DNA of 64,000 nucleotides from an uncultured Bacteroidales bacterium (GTDB lineage Bacteria; Bacteroidota; Bacteroidia; Bacteroidales; VadinHA17), in the NCBI GenBank assembly GCA_963753495.1, contig CAVWCO010000025.1:320223-384222 (forward strand), written 5' to 3'. Below the pieces are notes generated by a model. The model did no database searches. It was given only the letters and a program-made list of their open reading frames with translations, and was not told where the DNA came from. This document shows, one piece after another, positions 9,243 to 19,549 of the stretch. Positions within the stretch are counted from its first letter, which is position 1. Each line of letters starts with the position of its first letter. The position numbers and the translations under genes are program-made.

Positions 9243-9330
9243 GTTACACAGAGGTCCACAGAGGATACACGGAGGTCCACAGAGCATTTCCTCGGTGGAA
9301 CTCTGTGACTTCTCTGTGATCTCTGTGTAA
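9243..9330. repeat. Hairpin repeat element, CACAGAG/CACGGAG variant, with 4 tandem units per arm.
   Basis: TTACACAGAG GTCCACAGAG GATACACGGAG GTCCACAGAG, loop catttcctcg, then GTGGAACTCTGTGAC TTCTCTGTGA TCTCTGTGTAA. It lies between the convergent YgjP-like and MBL genes. Confidence 0.7.
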
Positions 9331-9463
9331 GCTCTTGATTATAATTGTATTTACATCCCTCTTCTAAGGGGGAATTTATATAATATACTCCTGCCGCATT
9401 GCAGGTATCTGAATATTATTAAAACCTGATTCCTGAAGACGTGCTGAATATTTTACCTGTGTT

Positions 9464-10777
9464 TCATATTCCCCATGAACAAGAAAAGTATTTCTGAAGT
9501 TCGCTTTTATTCTGGCAGCTGAGAAAATCCATCATTTCATTGTAATCGCCGTGCCCACTGAATGAATCGATATTTTTTACTTCAGCATTTACCCTGTAAA
9601 CAGTACCGAAAATTGACACCTCTTTATCTCCTCTGGCGATCCTGGCTCCAAGTGTGACAGGTGAGCAATAACCTACAATCAGAATTGTATTTTGCGGATT
9701 TGAGATATTATTTGCAAGGTGATGCTTGATCCGGCCGGCTTCCATCATACCTGAAGCTGAAATAATAATGCATGGTTTTTTAGAGTCATTCAGCTTTTTG
9801 GAATCTTCCTGCCGCGTAATATAAGTCAGGCTGTTAAAGCCAAACGGATCGGAATCTGTTTCCATGACTTTTAATATCTCCTTATTGAAACATTCGGGAT
9901 GCATTCTGAAAATTGTGGTGGCGTTTACTGCCAGTGGACTGTCGACAAATATCTCAACCCTCGGAAGCTTTCCCTGGTTGAAGAATTTGTTAAGAGAATA
10001 AACGATCTCCTGTGTTCGCCCCACACTGAATGAAGGGATGATCAGCTTCCCTCCCTTATCAACACAGGTATGATTAACGGTTTTCAGCAACTCCTCATCA
10101 GCTGAAAACAGATCCTTATGTAATCTGTCGCCATAGGTCGATTCGGTAATGAGAAAATCAGCCTGCGGAAACGGTTTTGGAGGAGCGAGTATCCTGCTTG
10201 CCGGCCGGCCGATATCGCCGGTATAAGCCAGCCGTATGGTCGTGCCATTTTCCGTGACCAGCAAATTTGCCACTCCGCTGCCAAGCATATGTCCGGTGTT
10301 TGTAAACTTCACCTTTATTTTATCATCGATCCTGAAGTTCATATTATACGGAACACCAATAAAAAGAGCCATACCCTCTTTTGCATCTTCCTGGGTGAAA
10401 AGAGGTGTAACAAGAGGCAGTCCTTTCTTTGCCCGTCTCTTGTTGAAAGTCTTTGTATCATGTTCCTGAATATAGGCTGTGTCGGCAAGCATGATTGAAC
10501 AAAGATCGCGGGTGGCGTTTGAACAGACTATCGATCCTCTGAATCCCAGTTTGTAAACATATGGGATAAGTCCGGAATGATCAATATGAGCATGTGTAAG
10601 AATAATATGATCGACAAGGGAAGGATCGAAGCCAAGGTCCCTGTTCATCCCGTCTGTTTCAAGGCCTTTGCCCTGGAACATTCCGCAGTCAAAAAGGATC
10701 CTTTTCCCTGACTCAGTTGTTAAAAGAGTTTTACTTCCCGTTACCTCTCTGGCAGCTCCTAAAAATTTAAGTTTCAT
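9464..10777 (-). CDS. MBL-fold metallo-hydrolase with a beta-CASP RNA-metabolising domain (RNase J/CPSF-like).
   Basis: The HxHxDH motif ILTHAHIDHSG with downstream beta-CASP motifs. The ORF is intact at 437 aa. Confidence 0.8.
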   Translation of the reverse strand: MKLKFLGAAREVTGSKTLLTTESGKRILFDCGMFQGKGLETDGMNRDLGFDPSLVDHIILTHAHIDHSGLIPYVYKLGFRGSIVCSNATRDLCSIMLADTAYIQEHDTKTFNKRRAKKGLPLVTPLFTQEDAKEGMALFIGVPYNMNFRIDDKIKVKFTNTGHMLGSGVANLLVTENGTTIRLAYTGDIGRPASRILAPPKPFPQADFLITESTYGDRLHKDLFSADEELLKTVNHTCVDKGGKLIIPSFSVGRTQEIVYSLNKFFNQGKLPRVEIFVDSPLAVNATTIFRMHPECFNKEILKVMETDSDPFGFNSLTYITRQEDSKKLNDSKKPCIIISASGMMEAGRIKHHLANNISNPQNTILIVGYCSPVTLGARIARGDKEVSIFGTVYRVNAEVKNIDSFSGHGDYNEMMDFLSCQNKSELQKYFSCSWGI

Positions 10778-10839
10778 TATATATTTACTTGTGAATTAAG
10801 CTAATCTATTGTTTTCAAGCTAATGGTCTATTGTTTAGA

Positions 10840-12203
10840 TCATCTGAAAAACAGTGATAAAATTAAAGTAAAAATAAGCCCGCTTACCGCTATTATGGTT
10901 TCCATCACAGTCCATGACTGAAGTGTCTGTTTCTCATTCATTCCCAGGTATTTGCCTACTATCCAGAAACCGCTGTCATTAACATGCGACAGGATAGTGG
11001 CTCCTGCTGCAATTGCGATAACGATAAGTGCAATATTCGGCTTGGTCAAGATTAAACGATGAGAGTAGCGGCGACATTATACCTGCCGCCGTTATCATTG
11101 CGACAGTCGCAGAACCCTGTGTTACTCTTACAAGAGCTGAAAGAACCCATGCCAGAACCAGTAAAGGGATTGAAGAATCAGCCAGCGATTCTGCAAGCAT
11201 TTTACCAATACCGCTGTCAACAAGTATCTGCTTTAATACCCCTCCTGCTCCTGTAACAAGGATAATTATACCTGCCGGTCCAAGGGCTTTTGTGCTAAGG
11301 TCCAGTATTGTCTGGCCCGACATTTTTCTTTTCAGGCAAACAGAATAGACAAGAGAGTGGCAAGTAATAAGAGCGGTAAACGGATGGCCAATAAAAATCA
11401 GAAGATCACTAAAAAATGAGTTTTTCATCCATCCTTTGTCAACTCCAAGTTTGATAAATGTGCTCATTACGATGAGCAACAGAGGAGTCAATATTAATGA
11501 CCGCAATTACTCCGAAGGACGGCAATTTTTTAATGTCATCGCCTGGTTCGGTCCCTGAATCCTGGAATAAATCAGGAGCAGGTAAATAGATTTTCCCTGC
11601 AATAAACTTTCCAAAGACAGGACCGGCAACAACAGCGGTAGGAAGACCTACAATAAGACCCATCATTACCACCCATCCAAGGTCAACGCCAAGTATTTCT
11701 CCAACTGCCATTGGTCCCGGAGTCGGCGGCACCATTGTATGTGTCACTGCCAGACCTGCAAGAAGCGGGATCGCATAATAAAGTAAAGAGCGCTTTGTAT
11801 CTTTGGTTAAAGCATAAACAATAGGTACCAGGATAATGAATCCAACATCAAGAAAAATAGGTATCCCGACAATAAACCCTGTCAGCATCAATGCCCATGA
11901 TGCTCTATTGGTTCCGAATTTTTTCAGAAGATAATTTGCGAGAGATTTCGCACCTCCTGAACTTTCAAGCATCTGTCCGAAAATAGCTCCGAGTCCGACC
12001 ACTGTTGCCACAAACCCCAGAGTGCTTCCCATGCCTTCCTGGATACTTGCAGAAATATTCTGCAAAGGCATCCCGGCCATTATTCCGACAATAATTGATG
12101 TAATGAGCAGTGCAATAAAAGCGCTTAGTTTGAATTTAAGCACCATTAACAGGAGTAATGTTACTCCTGCTACTACTATAAGGATTATATATGGAGCTGA
12201 CAT
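10840..12203 (-). CDS. GntP-family gluconate/sugar-acid permease, split into 3 ORFs.
   Basis: ORFs 11439..12203, 10979..11506 and 10840..11049 are consecutive parts of one GntP-like transporter, with breaks near 11440-11500 and 11030. Confidence 0.75.
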
Positions 12204-12212
12204 ATTTAAAAA

Positions 12213-12244
12213 GTTTGGAGTTTAGAGTTTGGAGTTTGGAGTTT
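12213..12244. repeat. Tandem heptamer array (GTTTGGA/GTTTAGA) x4 directly 5' of the GntP start codon.
   Basis: The sequence is gtttggagtttagagtttggagtttggagttt, ending 9 bp before the minus-strand ATG at 12203. Confidence 0.5.
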
Positions 12245-12250
12245 ATAAAT

Positions 12251-13368
12251 TTATGTTCCTCTCCCATCAAAACCCGGTTCCGGCTTTAATGGAAATTTTA
12301 TTGGAATATTATCACGTGTTGAACGGTATATTGCACTGAAGAGTTCAACGGTTCTTCGTCCATCCTCACCTGTAACAAGAGGATCAGATTCATTTTTTAT
12401 TGCATGGATATAATCCTCAATCTGGCATTGCATATAGTAAACTGTAGGATCACAATTATTAAATATTTCAGTATCTGCCTTTATCCATTTTTTCAGCATT
12501 TTCTCTTCTCCCGGAACTGTCCAGAGGTCATTCACAGGTGGTTCGGCAACACCTGTCATGCCGGCAATAAACATTGCTCCGCCATCAGTCTGGACACCTA
12601 CTGAAGCTCCGTTTTCACCATGAATGTGACCTTTCCGTAAATACCGGGTTTCTGGGAGTTGCTGACAAGGATATTTCCCATTGCGCCGCTTTTGAATTTT
12701 ACAATCGCCAGGGCAGTATCATCAACTTCAATAAAAGGATGGTTAAGATTTCTCCATTGCCCGTAGACTTCATCCACTTCTCCCATGAACCAGAGCATAA
12801 GGTCGAGCTGATGAGGCGACTGATTGACAAGTACTCCGCCGCCCTCCTGTTTCCATGTCCCGCGCCAGGCATCTGAATTATAGTAGGCTTTATCGCGCCA
12901 GCCAAGCATTGTAATTGTTGCCAGAACAGGTTTTCCGATCTTTCCCTTGTCGATAGCTTCCCTCACTCTCATTACCGGGGCATACCATCTCCGCTGACTT
13001 ATAACACCAAGTTTCACGTATCTTATTTTACAGGCATTGATAATTGCATCACAATCGCGAAGATCGGAGGCTAAAGGTTTTTCAACCAGGAGATTGGCTC
13101 CGGCTTCTGCAGCCTGAACAGCAGGTTCTTTATGAAAGGGATGAGGAGTGCATACGATAACAAGGTCAGTTTCATTCTCAAGGACCATCGGGGCAATCTC
13201 AGAATATGGTTTTGTTTTGTAAAGCGAGGCAAATTCTTTCGCGGTTTCCGGGCTTCTGCTCCAGACTCCTGCAAGGCGGGCATTCCGGATATTACGAATC
13301 GCTTTTGCATGCAGATGAGCGACTTTTCCGCAGCCGGCAATCGAGATATTATAAATTCTTTCGGCCAT
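12251..13368 (-). CDS. Gfo/Idh/MocA-family NAD(P)-dependent oxidoreductase with a frame break near 12580.
   Basis: The N-terminal Rossmann region (ISIAGCGKVAHLH...EKPLA) in 12598..13368 and the C-terminal domain in 12251..12574. Confidence 0.75.
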
Positions 13369-13380
13369 ATTATTTCAAGA

Positions 13381-14415
13381 TCAGGGTACCAGGATAACCT
13401 TATTCAAATTGTCTTCTTTTCTGTAAAGCCTGCCGAACCACATGGCCCCTTCTGATAACGGAGCAATGGCTGAAATCTGATCATCAACGCTTAGTCTCTT
13501 ATTTTCAAGCAATTTAAGAATAACATCATATTCACCCCTGATTGCACAGCTTCCCTGGATCCTTAATTCTCTTGTAACAACCTTCTGAAGGGGAAATTCA
13601 ATAACCTTTGAAGTGTTTCCTATAAGTACCACCGTTCCGCCTTTCCTTACATGCATCAATTGCTATATTCACCGTCTCGCTCTTTCCTGCAGCTTCAAAA
13701 GAGATATCGGCACCCCGCTGAACCTGTAACTGCTTTTATTTTCTCTTCCAGGCTTTTGTCCTCAGATTCAAAGATATGTTCTGCTCCGTTTTTCAGAGCG
13801 TTCTGAAGTTTTAAAGGATTATTATCAATAGCTATTATTTTTCCGGCACCAGCAACTCCCAGCAGCTTTATGATAAAGATCCCTATTGATACCAGCACCG
13901 GTGACAGCACAATTGTCGCCGGTCTTCATTCCGGAGATATTCACTGCATGAAGTGCAACGGCAGCTGCTTCGACCATAGCAGCCTGTTCGAAAGTTACTG
14001 AATCAGGAATCCTGTAAAGAATATGCTGCGGAATTGCCATAAACTCAGCAAAAGCTCCATTGCGCCTGTAATCTCCGGGCGAAACACCAAGCACTTCCCT
14101 GTTGTCGCTCAGGTTATACCTTCCCTCCCTGGTAAACCAGTCATCGAGCCGGTAAACTGTCGAATCGAAAGTAACCCTGTCGCCAATTTTCCATTTGGTA
14201 ACTGCAGAGCCTGTTGCTTCAATGATCCCGGATGCTTCATGCCCCATAATCAAAGGAGGGATCCTTCTTCCTGTGCTTCCGTCAAGTCCGTGAACATCCG
14301 ATCCGCAGATACCGCAGGCCTTAATCCTCACCAGCACTTCACCAGGCAGTATTGACGGGTCAGGAACATCTTTGTAAACAAGTGTGTTATATTCCTCAAG
14401 AACAAGGGCTTTCAT
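13381..14415 (-). CDS. Zinc-dependent alcohol/polyol dehydrogenase of the MDR family (sorbitol/L-idonate dehydrogenase-like), split into 3 ORFs.
   Basis: GHEASGIIE and CGICGSDVH in 13825..14415. The cofactor domain is in 13695..13910 and the C-terminus in 13381..13659. Confidence 0.75.
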
Positions 14416-14464
14416 AATTGTGGTTCAAAATAAAGTAAACAGGAATGAATTTCCAATAACAAAC

Positions 14465-15856
14465 AAAATTAACAAAAACAATTAACAGGCTATTCTATCA
14501 ATACAATTAGCATATCCATAACATTGGTAAATGTTGGGCCTGTTACAATATGACCGCCAACACGCTTGAAGAAATTATATGAATCGTATTCATAAATATA
14601 CTTTTCAGGATCCTCATTAACAGAGAGTGCCAGGCGAACCGTATCAGAGTCAACAACTGCACCGGCAGCATCTGGTTGGCCCGTCAGTGCCGTCAGTTCC
14701 TGCTGAAAGCAAAGTTATGAACGGTATATTCCTGAGCCTTATTGCCGCTGATAAAGCCAGATGCTGGTTTCTGCCACCAATACCCTCTGCCGCCTACTTT
14801 TATTGTTGTCTCTCCTCCATATAAAAGGCAGACAGGTTTTGGGATTTCATTATTGTTTTTAAATGACATGGCAGTATTTAAGACAGATTCGCAGATGTTT
14901 TCCACATCACCATGCAGTTCAGAATCGATAATATATGTTTTGAATCCCAGACCCGAAGCATGACTCTTTGCTGCATTAAGAGCAATCTGATTTGTTCCGG
15001 CAAGAATATTCAATGTGCCCGAAAAAAGAGGATCGCCGGGTTTGGGAGTTTCAGGATGATTTCCAAGCGATCCCTCTTTCAGGTAATTCAAAACTCCTGA
15101 TGTAATATCAGTGGTCAGATTATACTTTTCAATAATCTTAAGGGCGTCGCTGAATGTTGATGGATCAGGGACTGTCGGTCCTGAAGCTATCACCTCAAGC
15201 GGATTGCCAACCACATCAGAAATGATGATAGTGACAAGCTGTGCCGGATTCACGATCCGGGTGAGCTGTCCACCTTTTACCCGTGAGAGGTGTTTCCTTA
15301 CGCAGTTTATTTCATTTATTGTTGCACCACATCGGATAAGAAGGTTATTTACAATATAGAGCTCTTCAGGCAGAAGGTTTTCCGGCAGATCAGCCAAAAG
15401 AGCTGAACCTCCCCCTGATATAAGACAGATCACAAGGTCGTTCTCCGAAGCTTTTTCGGAGATGCGTATTATTTCTTCAGTTGCTTTAAATCCGTTAGAA
15501 TCAGGTACAGGATGTCCTGCTTCGGTAACTGCGATCCTTTTCAGTTTACAGGAGTATCCGTATTTGACAACAATATGTCCGCCGGCTATCCGGTTCCCCA
15601 GGACAGTTTCAACATAATGTCCCATTGCCGCGCTGGCTTTGCCGGCTCCAATTACATAAATGTTCCTGATGCTGCCAAGCTCCAGTTTGTGCTCACCAAT
15701 TATAAGGAGTGATCCCTCAAGCTTCATTAAACCTGTTATCAGCTTTTCAGGAAGAACGCTCCTGACTCCTGCCATAAAGATCTGTTCGGCAAATTCCCTG
15801 TTATTCATATGGCGATTCCTATAATACAAACAATGATAAGATCCAGACACATGCAA
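14465..15856 (-). CDS. MOFRL-family glycerate 2-kinase with a frame break near 14690.
   Basis: The DUF4147/MOFRL region of 14693..15856 ([11 protein letters not shown]...GGETTIKV). The C-terminal MOFRL tail [19 protein letters not shown] is in the adjacent frame at about 14465..14690. Confidence 0.7.
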
Positions 15857-17150
15857 ATACCGTAATTCCCATTACCACTGTAGAAGAAGTGAACACTTTT
15901 AATGTATCATCAACTTTGATCTCCCCGAAATTGGTTACAACCCAGAAATAGGAATCGTTAGCATGCGAAGCTATCATTGAACCTGAGCCCATGGCCAGCA
16001 TTGCAAGAAGTCTTCCCCATTCGGTTTCGAGGTTTAACATGGGCAGCATAGGCAGAACAAATGAAGCAGTGGTGATGATTGCCACAGTCGATGATCCCTG
16101 AGCCGTTTTCATTATTACTGCTATCAGGAACGGCACTAGAAGTCCGATACTTGTTCCGGTCAGTAACTCTCCGATCATCTCTCCGATTCCAGTTGATTTG
16201 ATTACCATTCCGAACATCCCTCCTGCGGCTGTGATGATAAGTATTGGTCCTGCTTTGACTATTGCCTCAGAAAAAACAGAATTAATTTCGGCAATTGTTT
16301 TTTTTCTGAGGAGGAGAAGTGAAAAAACGACTCCTGTAAATAAAGCGATTACAGGTTCTCCTGGAAAATAAAATATTTTTGATATAAGTCCCTCTCCGGT
16401 TTTGTCAAAAAGGCCGGCAAGGGATTTGATTGTGATAAGCAGAAGCGGTATAACTATTGGCAGGAATGAAAGGGAAACCGGTGGCAGATCATTTGAAATA
16501 ACTTTTTCAACATCTTCATTTACAAAGGCATCAGCATAGTTTTTCTTTTTAGTGATCCATCTGCTCCAGAAATATGCTGCCGTCGCTCCGGGAATGGCAA
16601 ACAAAATTCCGATCAGAACAAGGTAGCCTATATTTGCATTGATCACTCCGGCTGCTGCAAGAGCTCCCGGATGGGGTGGGATAAGGCAATGGACCGAATA
16701 AAGTGAACATGCAAGAACAGTAGCCATAAAAGGCATTGCCAAACCCGATTTCCTGCTGAACGATTTTGCCAGACCGCTCAAAATAATAAATCCCGAATCA
16801 CAAAATATTGGCAATCCTGTTATGAATCCGGTAATTCCGATTGCAGCAGCGCTCCTCTTCTCTCCTGTTTTTGACAGGATATACCCTGCTATGCTTAATG
16901 TGCCTCCGGTTTTATCGAGAGTTATGCCGATCATTGCCCCGAAAATTATCAGGAAGCCGATTGTAGCCATGGTACTGCCAAATCCCTCCTTGATTGTTTT
17001 TATTATTGTGTCGGCCGGCAGTACAGCAAAGGCAAGCAGAAGGGAAACAATGAAAAGTGAAATGAATGCATGAAGCTTTAACCTGGTTGTCAGAATAACA
17101 ATCAGGATAATGCTGATAAGGACTAACAGGGAAACGGCTATTGCACTCAT
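15819..17150 (-). CDS. GntP-family permease, intact.
   Basis: A 443-aa polytopic membrane protein with GntP-like N-terminal repeats. Confidence 0.85.
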   Translation of the reverse strand: MSAIAVSLLVLISIILIVILTTRLKLHAFISLFIVSLLLAFAVLPADTIIKTIKEGFGSTMATIGFLIIFGAMIGITLDKTGGTLSIAGYILSKTGEKRSAAAIGITGFITGLPIFCDSGFIILSGLAKSFSRKSGLAMPFMATVLACSLYSVHCLIPPHPGALAAAGVINANIGYLVLIGILFAIPGATAAYFWSRWITKKKNYADAFVNEDVEKVISNDLPPVSLSFLPIVIPLLLITIKSLAGLFDKTGEGLISKIFYFPGEPVIALFTGVVFSLLLLRKKTIAEINSVFSEAIVKAGPILIITAAGGMFGMVIKSTGIGEMIGELLTGTSIGLLVPFLIAVIMKTAQGSSTVAIITTASFVLPMLPMLNLETEWGRLLAMLAMGSGSMIASHANDSYFWVVTNFGEIKVDDTLKVFTSSTVVMGITVFACVWILSLFVL

Positions 17151-17165
17151 GGCATTATAATCTGA

Positions 17166-18113
17166 TTAATATCCCAGATGAACCTCACTGATCGATTTTA
17201 CTGCCCTGTCGGAAAAGAAATCACAGGCAGGGAAAACTCTGAAAAGTCCTCCATCTTCATCTTTCCCGGTTTTTACCAGGAGAAATTCCTGCTGGTCATT
17301 CCGGTTGAATAACTCAGAATATGACACTGCACATCTGTATCCATCCTGTGCGGCAACAGATAAAATACCCAGCTGCAGCGACTCTCTGGTAAAGGGATAA
17401 GTTCCTTTCAGAATTTCTTTCAGCATCAAACCGGTAAATGGTTCGGTGCTGTGGATGCCTCTGCCTCTTCCGTAAAATACACTGCCATAAGTCACCTCTT
17501 TTATATCAGGAGGATAATCAGTTAATGAATCAATAAAACTGCTCTGCCCGAAAAGTTTAATCTGCTCTGAAAACATCGGAGATAATCCTTTTACGACCCT
17601 AAAAGATTTTGGAAAAGATCTGACAGTGATTTTCACCGGTGATGAAATATTCCTCTCTGTTATCAGATCATTCCCGGCAATAATTCTGCTTTCAGCCGGA
17701 AGATCCCAGAGATCCTTTGTTTTCGTTGGAACAATCCTCGAAACACCATCAGCAATCAAAATCCTGTGCAGGTTAACCGGATAATAGATCTCTCCCCAGC
17801 TGAATACAACTCTTTCTCCCTTTTGATTTTCTATTTCAATGTACATATCGATTACCCGACTGAATTCCTCACAATTTGCCTTCTGAACAACACGATTTTC
17901 GAGAATATCGAACAGGGAATAACCGTCGTATCTGTAGGCCCCGACGAATTTATCTTTCCCGGCTGAACCGAGGAGAGTCTCTTTTACAATAACGGAGTGT
18001 TTCGGAAAAGCTGAAAAATCAACTTTTCCCGGATTAGCGATTTCCCCTTCAACTGTTAAATCCTTAACAGTAAGCTGGTATGTTTCAGTATTATAGTAAA
18101 AGTTATTTGTCAT
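17166..18113 (-). CDS. Hypothetical protein with an internal two-domain repeat, first gene of the GntP/glycerate-kinase operon.
   Basis: An intact 315-aa ORF 16 bp upstream of the GntP gene. Two halves of the protein share a similar pattern (DGYSLFDILE versus GLMLKEILK). I could not find a recognisable catalytic motif. Confidence 0.45.
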   Translation of the reverse strand: MTNNFYYNTETYQLTVKDLTVEGEIANPGKVDFSAFPKHSVIVKETLLGSAGKDKFVGAYRYDGYSLFDILENRVVQKANCEEFSRVIDMYIEIENQKGERVVFSWGEIYYPVNLHRILIADGVSRIVPTKTKDLWDLPAESRIIAGNDLITERNISSPVKITVRSFPKSFRVVKGLSPMFSEQIKLFGQSSFIDSLTDYPPDIKEVTYGSVFYGRGRGIHSTEPFTGLMLKEILKGTYPFTRESLQLGILSVAAQDGYRCAVSYSELFNRNDQQEFLLVKTGKDEDGGLFRVFPACDFFSDRAVKSISEVHLGY

Positions 18114-18115
18114 CT

Positions 18116-19378
18116 TTACCCAAAGAACAGATAAGCCATAAATATCGCCGCGGTGAAACCGGCAAGGTCGGCAAGAAGTCCGCAGCCTATGGCATATCTT
18201 GTATTTTTAATACCTACTGATCCAAAATAAACAGCAATAATATAGAATGTTGTATCGGTTGTTCCCTGCATGGTACATGCCAGTCGACCCATAAATGAAT
18301 CTGCACCGTGCGTAGTCATGGCATCAATCATCAATCCGCGTGCGCCGCTGCCGCTTAGAGGTTTCATAAATGCCACGGGCAGCGCACCGGTGAAACGGGT
18401 ATCAACTCCAAGCCAGTGCAAAAAACTGTGCAATCCCCGCAATAATAAAATCCATCGCACCTGATGCCCTGAAAATTCCGATAGCTACAAGGATAGCAAC
18501 CAGAAATGGTATTATTTTAATTGCGATGCCAAAGCCTTCTTTTGCGCCTTCAATAAAAGCATCATAAACATTCACTTTTTTAATGAATGCAAGGGTAATA
18601 AACAAGACAATAATCGAGATCAGGATAAAATTTGCAGCAAATGTTGAGATCGTTGATATCTGTTCTTTGGGAAGCCTGTGAAATATATTATTATTCCGGC
18701 AACTATTGCTGTAAGACCTCCAAGATATGCCATCACCACTTTATCGAAAAGATTGATTTTCTGCATTATGGCAACACTGATCAAGCCTGTCATCGAAGCA
18801 CAGAATGTGGAAATCAGTATTGGAATGAAAATATCAGCAGGATTTGCCGCACCTAGTTGAGTCCTGTAAACTATTATACTGACAGGTATGATTGTAAGTC
18901 CGGCTGCATTAAGTACAAGGAACATTATCTGCGCATTTGAAGCCGTTTCCTTTTCCGGATTGGCCTCCTGCATTTCTTTCATTGCTTTAAGTCCTACCGG
19001 AGTTGCAGCATTATCAAGTCCAAGCATATTTGCAGAGATATTCAGCATAATCGAACCATAGGCAGGATGTCCTTTGGGCAGACCCGGAAATAGCTTTTCA
19101 AAGAGTGGACCGATTGCCCTTCCAAGAATAGCGACCACTCCGCCTTTCTCCCCTACTTTTAAAAGTCCCATCCAGAGAGTCAGAGCCCCGGTAAGACCAA
19201 GAGAAATTTCAAAGCCTGTCTTTGCATTTTCAAAAACTGAATTCACCAGATCATTGAAGATCTGAGTATTGCCGGCAAATATCAGCTGTCCGAGTGCTAC
19301 GATAAATCCGATAAGGAAGAATGCAATCCAGATATAGTTAAGGACCATTTCGATTGTCTGTTTGGCGAAGATAACCAT
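18116..19378 (-). CDS. Nucleoside-recognition (Gate) domain protein, a SpmA/SpmB-like fusion, with frame breaks near 18610 and 18460.
   Basis: 18620..19378 is SpmA-like and 18116..18605 is SpmB-like. The SpmA-like ORF runs into the SpmB frame, giving GFPKEQISTISTFAANFILISI. Confidence 0.6.
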
Positions 19379-19384
19379 TTAGGA

Positions 19385-19417
19385 TAAAAGACAAAAGATA
19401 AAAGACAAAAGACAAAG
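19385..19417. repeat. Tandem heptamer array (AAAGACA/AAAGATA) x4 abutting the SpmA/B start codon.
   Basis: aaaagacaaaagataaaagacaaaagacaaag begins 6 bp after the minus-strand ATG at 19378. Confidence 0.5.
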
Positions 19418-19429
19418 AAAAATCAATAA

Positions 19430-19514
19430 CCACGGGGTTACACGGAGTCAAAACGCGGAGTGGCACGGAGTTAAAACTCAGTGAAACTTAGATTAACTCT
19501 GTGAAACTCCGTGG
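19430..19514. repeat. Hairpin repeat element, CACGGAG variant, in the divergent promoter region.
   Basis: CCACGGGGTTACACGGAGTCAAAACGCGGAGTGGCACGGAG, loop ttaaaactcagtgaaacttagattaa, then CTCTGTGAAACTCCGTGG. Confidence 0.6.
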
Positions 19515-19525
19515 TAAAAAAAAGA

Positions 19526-19533
19526 TATATTTG
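19526..19533 (+). promoter_or_regulatory. Candidate Bacteroidota -7 promoter element TATATTTG (TAnnTTTG) for eda.
   Basis: It matches the TAnnTTTG consensus and lies 17 bp upstream of the eda ATG. Confidence 0.3.
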
Positions 19534-19549
19534 TATATTAGTGAAAAAT

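Noticed and set aside
12204-12250. GTTTGGAG repeats as a Shine-Dalgarno-like ribosome binding site
   Set aside because: In the mRNA sense the repeat is AAACTCC, which is not purine-rich. Bacteroidota-type genes generally lack SD sequences.
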